This document shows positions 1 through 5,607 of a DNA stretch of 13,255 bases, piece after piece (positions within the stretch are counted from its first letter, which is position 1; each line of letters starts with the position of its first letter). Origin of the DNA: a virus; UHGV virus genome UHGV-1728205. One strand, written 5' to 3'. The position numbers and the translations under genes are program-made. Under the pieces are notes generated by a model. It was given only the letters and a program-made list of their open reading frames with translations. It did no database searches and had not been told where the DNA came from.

Positions 1-147
1 ACGAGTGGAACCACCTGTATCACGAGTGGAAGCACCTGTATCACGAGTGGAACCACCTGTATCACGAGTGGAAGCACCTGTAGCACGAGTTGAAGCACCT
101 GTAGCACGAGTTGAAGCACCTGTAGCACGATTTGAACCGCCTGTAGT
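1..147 (+). repeat. 21-bp tandem repeat, about 7 copies, in-frame coding (heptapeptide repeats)
   Basis: Units acgagtggaaccacctgtatc / acgagtggaagcacctgtatc / acgagttgaagcacctgtagc repeat head to tail from base 1, with a degenerate last unit near 127-147. The repeat probably continues upstream of the window. Confidence 0.85.
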
Positions 148-271
148 CGATGTCAGCGATTTGAAGGAGAAAATCAGACTGTATGCGTTATCACACAATC
201 CTCATTGCGATGTAGATAATATGCCGGATGATGTTGTTTTGATGATGTATAAAGATATGATGGGTCAATAA
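1..271 (+). CDS. 3' end of a gene entering from upstream of the window; heptapeptide-repeat region plus ~45-aa C-terminal segment, function unknown
   Basis: Frame with codons at 2-4, 5-7... is open from base 2 to TAA at 269-271. The M at position 5 in the ORF track is a GTG inside the open frame, not a real start. Encodes PVSRVEA/PVARVEA repeats then ...DLKEKIRLYALSHNPHCDVDNMPDDVVLMMYKDMMGQ. A hairpin terminator follows directly. Confidence 0.5.
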   Translation, partial: RVEPPVSRVEAPVSRVEPPVSRVEAPVARVEAPVARVEAPVARFEPPVVDVSDLKEKIRLYALSHNPHCDVDNMPDDVVLMMYKDMMGQ

Positions 272-275
272 AGAT

Positions 276-301
276 AGCGGGGTAGTTAGCCCCGCTTTTT
301 G
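276..301. terminator. Rho-independent hairpin terminator between convergent transcription units (likely bidirectional)
   Basis: Stem GCGGGG (277-282) / CCCCGC (290-295) with a 7-nt loop, followed by TTTTT (296-300) on the plus strand. On the minus strand the same hairpin is followed by a weaker T-rich run. It lies between the stop of the plus-strand gene (271) and the stop of the minus-strand gene (302). Confidence 0.7.
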
Positions 302-640
302 TTAACAGAAGGGTTCGTTTTTCCAGTCACCATCCTGTTTAAGTATATAAGGTTGATAATCTGTTTCACCCGTTTCAACATGTTCCAGATTACCCTGACG
401 ATTCGTTTTAAACTTGCCCAATGGTAAATACTGACGCGGGAAAACGTTATGCCATTTACCGTATTCGGTATCTTTTCCATCTTTGTATTTAACGGGACCA
501 CACGCTGAACATAATCGTTTACCTTTCCTTTCAGGTGCATATGACCAGTCGTATAATTTTTCAAAGAAGCCGTTAAACCCCTGAGAAGACAGAGCGGTGT
601 TTTCAACACACCCACAGTTTTCACATTGAAACAAACTCAT
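302..640 (-). CDS. small cysteine-rich (zinc-ribbon-like) protein, 112 aa, function unknown
   Basis: ATG at 640 preceded by GAGGTG Shine-Dalgarno with 5-nt spacing. Two CxxC pairs (CENCGC ... CSACGP). Preferred over the overlapping 286..624 frame because of the SD and Cys motifs. Confidence 0.55.
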   Translation of the reverse strand: MSLFQCENCGCVENTALSSQGFNGFFEKLYDWSYAPERKGKRLCSACGPVKYKDGKDTEYGKWHNVFPRQYLPLGKFKTNRQGNLEHVETGETDYQPYILKQDGDWKNEPFC

Positions 641-690
641 CGGTACACCTCATAGAAAACGTGCGCCACATAGAGCGCACTGATGATTAA

Positions 691-900
691 CTATTTATGA
701 TTAGCCAGGCTTTCGAACTGGCGGTTAGTTGTATCACAATCGTCTGCTATTTTGTCCAGTATCCCGTACGAATGAGAAACCAGCGAATTAAATTCATCAT
801 CACTGGTTACTGGTACAGGGACAAATCTAATCCCGGCATGTGCAAGACTGTTTGCCATTTCAAGACACTTACGTATTTCTACAGGCGATGCTTTATTCAT
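691..900 (-). CDS. hypothetical protein (~69 aa)
   Basis: ATG at 900 lies 2 nt after the TGA of the upstream HD-hydrolase gene; alternative GTG at 906 overlaps that stop. Same strand and packing as neighbours. Ends TAG at 691-693. Confidence 0.45.
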   Translation of the reverse strand: MNKASPVEIRKCLEMANSLAHAGIRFVPVPVTSDDEFNSLVSHSYGILDKIADDCDTTNRQFESLANHK

Positions 901-902
901 AA

Positions 903-1472
903 TCACAGATTCCCCATCGCTTTAACCAGCGCGTCGTAGTGTTTGTCAAACGCGGTTAACTGGACGTTCGTTAGTTTGTATTTGGCTTTAAACAATTCAC
1001 GCTCAACAAGCGCGTATAACTCCTGGTTGCTTGCGTCTGACAGATGAGAAAGCATGAGTTGTTTTTCAGCCAGGTACGTTACAGCAAACTTCGGATCGTG
1101 TCGGACAATTGAAGATGTGTTATCCAGCAGATCACACAGTTTTATAGTTTTCACCACAGGTTCAGCCCGTGATAAATGGTCGATGTCCCGTGCTTTACGC
1201 TTAACACGGTTGCCGTGGTGTGGACGACTCACATCAGTAAGCTGATCAACATAACGTGCGACCGTCTCACCGAACTGCGAGCACACATCACCCACGGTCA
1301 CGCGCGTATCTTCAACGACGTCATGTAGCCAGGCAGCGGTAATCATATCCGGCGTACCACCATAGCGTTTAACCAGTTCAGCAACGTTCCGGCAGTGGTT
1401 CACATATGGGTCGTTGGTGTACTTACGAAGTTGATCACCGTGTGCTGCTGTTGCGAATTGTTCAGGTGTCAT
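903..1472 (-). CDS. RelA/SpoT-family HD-domain phosphohydrolase (small alarmone hydrolase-like, putative (p)ppGpp/(p)ppApp hydrolase)
   Basis: 189 aa. HGDQLRKYTNDPYVNHCRNVA ... AAWLHDVVEDT ... FGETVARYV ... KLCDLLDN closely follows the SpoT/Mesh1 hydrolase pattern (H..R..G.PY..H...VA, AALLHDV.EDT, FG..VA..V, KLADRLHN). ATG at 1472 overlaps the upstream stop (ATGA). Confidence 0.8.
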   Translation of the reverse strand: MTPEQFATAAHGDQLRKYTNDPYVNHCRNVAELVKRYGGTPDMITAAWLHDVVEDTRVTVGDVCSQFGETVARYVDQLTDVSRPHHGNRVKRKARDIDHLSRAEPVVKTIKLCDLLDNTSSIVRHDPKFAVTYLAEKQLMLSHLSDASNQELYALVERELFKAKYKLTNVQLTAFDKHYDALVKAMGNL

Positions 1473-1714
1473 GATGGTTGTACCTCTGTTTGTTTTTCTG
1501 CCTTCAACACCATGCGAGAACCATCATCCAGTTCCCACGCGATCTCACCACCTTCAGCAATAACCAGTTACCATACTAACTGTGCTGCTTCATTGGTTAC
1601 ATCACGACCGGGATCATTGCCAACGCGCATACGCCCACCTTCAACATCGCGCATTTTTGCCAGCATGATAGTTTTTGATAGTGGTGAAAAACCAAGTTGA
1701 AGTTTAGTACTCAT
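1469..1714 (-). pseudogene. 81-codon reading frame interrupted by an in-frame TAA (ochre) at 1568-1570; possible pseudogene, sequencing error, or two very short ORFs
   Basis: Minus-strand ATG at 1714-1712 lies 2 nt after the stop of the upstream gene. The frame reads MSTKLQLGFSPLSKTIMLAKMRDVEGGRMRVGNDPGRDVTNEAAQLVW-stop-LVIAEGGEIAWELDDGSRMVLKAEKQTEVQPS and ends at a TGA that overlaps the ATG of the HD-hydrolase gene (ATGA). Both ends look like genuine coupled gene junctions. Confidence 0.3.
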
Positions 1715-1716
1715 AT

Positions 1717-1977
1717 TCAATACCCTTTTAATTTTCTACACTCAGGACAGCGCCATCTACCTTTTTGGTAAACTCGCGTATGACCACGTTTACATTTATT
1801 GGTTACCAGTGATATACCGAGACGTGACGCTTTAATGTGCACCGCTTCAACGTCCCGGCGAAGGTAATACGCTATTTCATCCGCACTGATCTTTCCTGCA
1901 TTAATTTTTAATAACGCCAGATCTCGTGCGGACCACTTCAAACCGTTACGAGGGAACCTGTTAGTTACATTCGACAT
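1717..1977 (-). CDS. putative DNA-binding protein (helix-turn-helix-like segment plus C-terminal Cys/His zinc-ribbon-like motif), 86 aa
   Basis: First ATG at 1977; the ORF-track start at 1980 is TTG. ...ISADEIAYYLRRDVEAVHIKASRLGIS... resembles a sigma70 region-4 style HTH. C-terminus CKRGH...CPEC. Stop TGA at 1717-1719. Confidence 0.5.
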   Translation of the reverse strand: MSNVTNRFPRNGLKWSARDLALLKINAGKISADEIAYYLRRDVEAVHIKASRLGISLVTNKCKRGHTRVYQKGRWRCPECRKLKGY

Positions 1978-2185
1978 CAATCATTAAATCTTCTGGTACT
2001 GTCACCACAACGCGGTCGTTTTCGCAAAATGGTGATAGCGGTTCCTCTTCCGGCTGTAAACGAAGCGTAATCTGTGACCCGTGGTAATTGATATAGCGCA
2101 CCCAATACCAATCGTTAAATACTTCAATCTTGTCACCCGGTTTAATATCACGGACAACGGTTGGATTCATCAGTCGGATAGTCAT
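1961..2185 (-). CDS. hypothetical protein, 74 aa
   Basis: ATG at 2185 overlaps the upstream stop (ATGA at 2182-2185). Same strand, tight packing. Confidence 0.5.
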   Translation of the reverse strand: MTIRLMNPTVVRDIKPGDKIEVFNDWYWVRYINYHGSQITLRLQPEEEPLSPFCENDRVVVTVPEDLMIDVECN

Positions 2186-2343
2186 TTCTTTTTACTCCCG
2201 GTTAGTTTAGCGATCCAACGATTTTCATTAACGCTGGGAAAACTGTTATTGAATTTACACTGACGTTCTTCTTCTTTTGTCAACGGTTTAAATTTAGAAC
2301 GACAGGTCAACGTAAAGTAAATTGATGTTAAGTTATCTGACAT
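2182..2343 (-). CDS. hypothetical protein, ~53 aa
   Basis: ATG at 2343 preceded by AAGGAG Shine-Dalgarno. The longer track ORF starting at 2418 begins with GTG and would overlap the upstream gene extensively. Confidence 0.4.
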   Translation of the reverse strand: MSDNLTSIYFTLTCRSKFKPLTKEEERQCKFNNSFPSVNENRWIAKLTGSKKK

Positions 2344-2536
2344 AAATTCTGTCTCCTTTAGGGTGCCGGTGGTTTTTCCAGCGGTTTTGCGCCGCGCTGG
2401 GCTTTTTGCAAAAACCACAATCCATCATCCCGTAATATTTCATCAACCCCATTCGTCGGTTGCTGAGTCTCACCCACTGCCAGACGCCGGGAGCGTTTCT
2501 ACGAACTAACAGAATCTTTGCCTTGCGGTTTTTCAT
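2333..2536 (-). CDS. hypothetical basic protein, 67 aa
   Basis: ATG at 2536 overlaps the TGA of the ParB-like gene (ATGA). Lys/Arg-rich. Confidence 0.45.
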   Translation of the reverse strand: MKNRKAKILLVRRNAPGVWQWVRLSNRRMGLMKYYGMMDCGFCKKPSAAQNRWKNHRHPKGDRIYVR

Positions 2537-3300
2537 AACTGGTGCTCCTTCAGTGCTTTTAACGCTTCGAACTGTTCAGCGGTAAGTTCAACCAGTACTT
2601 TACCACCTTCCGAACGGGTTACAGACCATTCACCACGGATTGCTTCCACTGCAGACCGTACCAGTTTAGCAGGTGGACGACGCGTTACTACTGGTTCTTT
2701 ATCACCTGCTTTAAACTGGCGAATGGCTGCTGATGCGCTGATTTCACCGTTCTGAATACGACGTTTAAGTTCCAGCGGCATATCAAGAATATTCAGTTGT
2801 TCGTAAACGTGTTGGACGGTTTTACCGACCTGTGTAGCGATCTGCTCAACACTCATACCATATGAACGGAAACGACCGTAAATAACAGCACGTTCAACGG
2901 GTGACCACGGTTTACCCTCATTACCTTTTAACAGTGTCAGGGTCTGTTGTAGTTCGTCACCGGACGATTCAACAACGTCTACTGTCAGAATCGGCGTCCC
3001 GGCCTCAATAGCTGCCAATACGCCACGTAAACGATGCTCACCATCCTGAACATAAGGAACACCATCAACAACCTGTACCACGATCGGTGGAACGAAATCG
3101 CCGTTGGTATAAGCCTGACGAAAGTTTTCAATGTGTGCCAGTGCTGCTTCAGTTTCCCAGTAGTTGTCGGTAAATACACCGCGTGGGTTATGTCCTGGAC
3201 GAATCTTGATAATACGCGGATCAATGCGATATGCGTTACCACGTTTTACGTTGGTTTTATCGGTATCAGATAGCTTGCGAAGGGAGTTAATGTTAGCCAT
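2533..3300 (-). CDS. ParB/Srx-like N-terminal domain protein with HTH (ParB-like nuclease/CTPase fold)
   Basis: 255 aa. PPIVVQVVDGVPYVQDGEHRLRGVLAA matches the ParB box (GxxRxxA-type GERRxRA motif). A helix-turn-helix-like segment (MSVEQIATQVGKTVQHVYEQLNIL) follows. ATG at 3300, with a promoter-like motif just upstream. Confidence 0.7.
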   Translation of the reverse strand: MANINSLRKLSDTDKTNVKRGNAYRIDPRIIKIRPGHNPRGVFTDNYWETEAALAHIENFRQAYTNGDFVPPIVVQVVDGVPYVQDGEHRLRGVLAAIEAGTPILTVDVVESSGDELQQTLTLLKGNEGKPWSPVERAVIYGRFRSYGMSVEQIATQVGKTVQHVYEQLNILDMPLELKRRIQNGEISASAAIRQFKAGDKEPVVTRRPPAKLVRSAVEAIRGEWSVTRSEGGKVLVELTAEQFEALKALKEHQL

Positions 3301-3334
3301 TTGTGTTTAGCCTCATGTGTGTTAACTGAGGCTA

Positions 3335-3379
3335 ATTATCGGGGGAGGTTGGTAATCTGTCAAGAATTATTTTAAGGGT
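3335..3379 (-). promoter_or_regulatory. sigma70-type promoter with AT-rich UP-like element (copy A of a conserved motif), driving the ParB-like gene and downstream genes
   Basis: Minus strand reads TAAAATAATTCTTGACA GATTAC...: -35 TTGACA (3363-3358), 17-bp spacer, -10 GATAAT (3340-3335). Overlaps the stop codon of the SLOG gene. Confidence 0.5.
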
Positions 3380-3767
3380 ACGGCACCCACACAGTTAAAC
3401 CAGCTTTCAACATGCGACGGTGCATATCAGCCGTACCACGCCCACCTGGGAACACAACACCGTATGTAGGTCGTGGTTCACCCTCTAACATTGCCTGATT
3501 GCGTTGATGACCTGCAACAGCGTTATAAGCCCCGTGCTTACCCTGTTTTACAACCGCACCCGGCACTGTCAGATCGTTCCACGCTGCCGGACAACTACGA
3601 ACTGGAATACCGTGTAATTGCGCCCACTGCTTACACAAGTTATCAACACCTGATGCACCGCCTTCAATTAGTTCGGTAACCGGGTGTTGTTTGTGAAGTA
3701 ACCCTAATGCTGAAAATATCGCTGTTCTGTCGTTGAAGTCACGACCACCTGTAACGACTATTATCAT
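3372..3767 (-). CDS. SLOG-superfamily protein (LOG/DprA/YpsA-like Rossmann domain, DUF2493-like), putative nucleotide-binding or nucleotide-processing
   Basis: 131 aa. N-terminal IIVVTGGRDF, then LIEGGASGVD, then C-terminal VVFPGGRGTADM resembling the LOG-family PGGxGTxxE signature. ATG at 3767 overlaps the TGA of the methyltransferase-like gene (ATGA). Confidence 0.5.
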   Translation of the reverse strand: MIIVVTGGRDFNDRTAIFSALGLLHKQHPVTELIEGGASGVDNLCKQWAQLHGIPVRSCPAAWNDLTVPGAVVKQGKHGAYNAVAGHQRNQAMLEGEPRPTYGVVFPGGRGTADMHRRMLKAGLTVWVPYP

Positions 3768-4444
3768 TGTTTATTAGCCTCAAATACAGCACGAGCAAAA
3801 CCACGCGGGGTTAATGAACGTAACTGTTTAGTTGTTTCAGACTTACCACCCAGATATTTCCAACCCCAGAAGAAACCAATATTAATCGGTCCGGGACGTT
3901 TTTCAGGCATTCTGAAACCGTTACCGAACCACAGACATGTTTTCTTCGTGTATCCGTCAAACATCGGCATTTTAGGGTGAAAAGGTTTATCATCTGTTGT
4001 CATATAACCGCCATATTCCCACGGATGAAAATAAGCGTCAGGTGTCCCCATCATTTCAGACCGTGATAAAGCACCGACAGGGTTTTCGACCATCCAGGGT
4101 ACGTTATAACGTTCTCCGAGTTCACGGATCAGTTTTGCGTTTGCCAGTGCATACTGTAGTTCAGCGTCATCCCGGTCATGTTGCGAACCGCTTTGAGCAA
4201 ACAGGGTGCAATCCGGAAAACCAAAAATAATTGACGGTAAAGGTGTTCCCAGTATTTCCTGCTTAATTGCAAATTGTGGGTCAATCCACTGATTAACGTA
4301 ATGAAGATTTGGGTGTTGCATTTTGATTTTATATTCCCCGTGATTACCGGAATCAGCATTAAAGCAATAAACCTGATAGCCAGCCTTAGCCCACGGTAAA
4401 CCCATAATCCCGGAACCATCGAATAACGACCAGACGACTTTCAT
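3764..4444 (-). CDS. compact C5-cytosine methyltransferase-like protein (226 aa; catalytic motifs present, no obvious target-recognition domain)
   Basis: SLFDGSG (motif I, FxGxG AdoMet-binding like), FGFPDCTLFAQSG (aligns with motif IV GGPPCQxFSxAG including the catalytic Cys), MVENPVG (motif VI ENV). ATG at 4444 overlaps the upstream stop (ATGA). Confidence 0.5.
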   Translation of the reverse strand: MKVVWSLFDGSGIMGLPWAKAGYQVYCFNADSGNHGEYKIKMQHPNLHYVNQWIDPQFAIKQEILGTPLPSIIFGFPDCTLFAQSGSQHDRDDAELQYALANAKLIRELGERYNVPWMVENPVGALSRSEMMGTPDAYFHPWEYGGYMTTDDKPFHPKMPMFDGYTKKTCLWFGNGFRMPEKRPGPINIGFFWGWKYLGGKSETTKQLRSLTPRGFARAVFEANKQ

Positions 4445-4656
4445 CCTTCTGTTTCCTCTACGATCCGCGTGATTTTAACAGGCGCAATTGTTACTTTTCT
4501 GCAATTGAAACCCTGATCGCGAAGTGCTTTAAGTGCAACACCAGCCATGTAAGTTGAACTGAACAGAGTAGCTTCACTGATATCAACCCAGGTAATCCGG
4601 GTATCAATATGTGCATAACGGTCTTCTTTTTTGATCACAGCACCGAATTCAGTCAT
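4441..4656 (-). CDS. hypothetical protein, 71 aa
   Basis: ATG at 4656 overlaps the end of the upstream membrane-protein gene by 8 nt; stop TGA overlaps the start of the methyltransferase-like gene. Confidence 0.5.
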   Translation of the reverse strand: MTEFGAVIKKEDRYAHIDTRITWVDISEATLFSSTYMAGVALKALRDQGFNCRKVTIAPVKITRIVEETEG

Positions 4657-4846
4657 GATCGTTTTTCACTCCCCACATGCAAGCGCCAATTGATGCCGCA
4701 GCCGCTAATAATCCAAGACCAGCCAGAAACCACCACGGAGTTTCCGCATGATTACCACGGGTCATTAGTCCGACAATGCAAGACGCTAGTGTTACGGACA
4801 CAAGGAACACGATAACAGTGATTAAACGGTCAAATATGTTTTTCAT
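4649..4846 (-). CDS. small membrane protein (two predicted transmembrane helices), 65 aa
   Basis: Hydrophobic stretches LITVIVFLVSVTLASCIVGLM and WWFLAGLGLLAAAASIGACMW. ATG at 4846 overlaps the upstream stop (ATGA). Confidence 0.55.
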   Translation of the reverse strand: MKNIFDRLITVIVFLVSVTLASCIVGLMTRGNHAETPWWFLAGLGLLAAAASIGACMWGVKNDHD

Positions 4847-5076
4847 GGTTTTTTGTACCCCGTGTTAAACTTTTCTATTGCTTCTTCTTTAGTTGCTGAA
4901 ATACAAATACCAATGCCGTTATCTAATAAGAAAGACCAGTAGTTTTCACCGTACTTTTTAATCATTTCTGGATGTAAAGATTTTCTTTTGATAAGTGTTG
5001 GATTGTGTGACTCAACAAAAGAATATAAGTCTTCGCCTTGTAAGTTTTCAAAGTCTGTTAATTTAGATGGTTTCAT
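4843..5076 (-). CDS. hypothetical protein, ~77 aa (start uncertain)
   Basis: ATG at 5076 chosen because the track start at 5214 is TTG and would overlap the upstream zinc-ribbon gene by ~150 nt. An internal ATG at 5172 is an alternative. Confidence 0.4.
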   Translation of the reverse strand: MKPSKLTDFENLQGEDLYSFVESHNPTLIKRKSLHPEMIKKYGENYWSFLLDNGIGICISATKEEAIEKFNTGYKKP

Positions 5077-5302
5077 GGTTTTTCTTCCAGTTCCATTCGC
5101 GACGTGCAGCCGCTGATGTTGTTTGATAAGTGTGACCGCAGTTTTTACAATGACAGGTGTACACGTTTCCATTTTCACCAGTAACTTCAACGTTTTCCCA
5201 GTTGCGTGTACCAAACCCTAATAAATAATCACGTAGGTTTCGCTCATAACACTTACTGCAGCGTAATGAACGAGTTCGACGACATGATCCACGACCACCC
5301 AT
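5063..5302 (-). CDS. small zinc-ribbon-like protein, 79 aa
   Basis: ATG at 5302 preceded by AAGGTG Shine-Dalgarno, 2 nt after the stop of the upstream gene. Cys clusters C-x8-C-x2-C and CHCKNC. Confidence 0.55.
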   Translation of the reverse strand: MGGRGSCRRTRSLRCSKCYERNLRDYLLGFGTRNWENVEVTGENGNVYTCHCKNCGHTYQTTSAAARREWNWKKNHETI

Positions 5303-5304
5303 TA

Positions 5305-5517
5305 TTAGTTCACCTTAGCCCATACAAGTTTATGAATAGATGTTCTGTATTTTCGCGCGGTAATATTAAAATCATGACCCTCGTGATAAATACTTTCGTG
5401 TTTCTTGAAGCTGTTAGCAATTAACGTGAAAGGTAATAGTTGCTTCAGACGATAAAAATAAAACCGTGTTCCATTAGGACACTGTGAAAGTCTCATTAAT
5501 CGGTAGCGTGGTTTCAT
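5305..5517 (-). CDS. hypothetical protein, ~70 aa
   Basis: ATG at 5517 preceded by a strong AAGGAG Shine-Dalgarno (5531-5526, 8-nt spacer). The track start at 5562 lies upstream of the predicted transcription start of the adjacent promoter, so the shorter form is preferred. Confidence 0.5.
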   Translation of the reverse strand: MKPRYRLMRLSQCPNGTRFYFYRLKQLLPFTLIANSFKKHESIYHEGHDFNITARKYRTSIHKLVWAKVN

Positions 5518-5548
5518 AACAATCACTCCTTGTTCACTTGATGTACAG

Positions 5549-5594
5549 ACTATAGCGCACATATCTGTAATTCGTCAAGAATTATTTTACACAT
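5549..5594 (-). promoter_or_regulatory. sigma70-type promoter with AT-rich UP-like element (copy B of the conserved motif)
   Basis: Minus strand reads GTGTAAAATAATTCTTGACG AATTAC...: -35 TTGACG (5578-5573), 18-bp spacer, -10 TATAGT (5554-5549). Lies between the primase-helicase stop (5608) and the next gene. Confidence 0.5.
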
Positions 5595-5607
5595 CCTTGT
5601 GCAATGA

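Noticed and set aside
1-147. Tandem repeats at the window edges as a possible CRISPR array
   Set aside because: The units are contiguous with no spacers, lie in open reading frames and encode peptide repeats; there are no cas genes. They are coding tandem repeats.
286-624. 112-aa minus-strand ORF overlapping 302..640 in another frame
   Set aside because: The 302..640 frame has an ATG with a GAGGTG Shine-Dalgarno and paired CxxC motifs. This frame has no comparable start context and looks like a shadow ORF.
1395-1700. 101-aa plus-strand ORF (Ser/Pro/Cys-rich)
   Set aside because: It is antisense to a region where all neighbouring genes are on the minus strand, is low-complexity, and lacks a convincing start context. 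Likely a shadow ORF.
3764-4444. Thymidylate-synthase-like dCMP/dUMP hydroxymethylase or methylase as the identity of the 226-aa protein
   Set aside because: The motifs present (FxGxG, P-x-C block aligned to PCQ, ENV-like) are those of the C5-DNA-methyltransferase fold, not the thymidylate synthase fold. This remains unconfirmed without a profile search.
5063-5562. Longer N-terminal extensions of small genes (starts at 5214, 5562, 2418, 1980, 906)
   Set aside because: Those starts are TTG/GTG codons or lie upstream of the predicted transcription start, and they would create long overlaps with the preceding gene. Downstream ATGs with a Shine-Dalgarno or ATGA coupling were preferred, though the long forms cannot be fully excluded.
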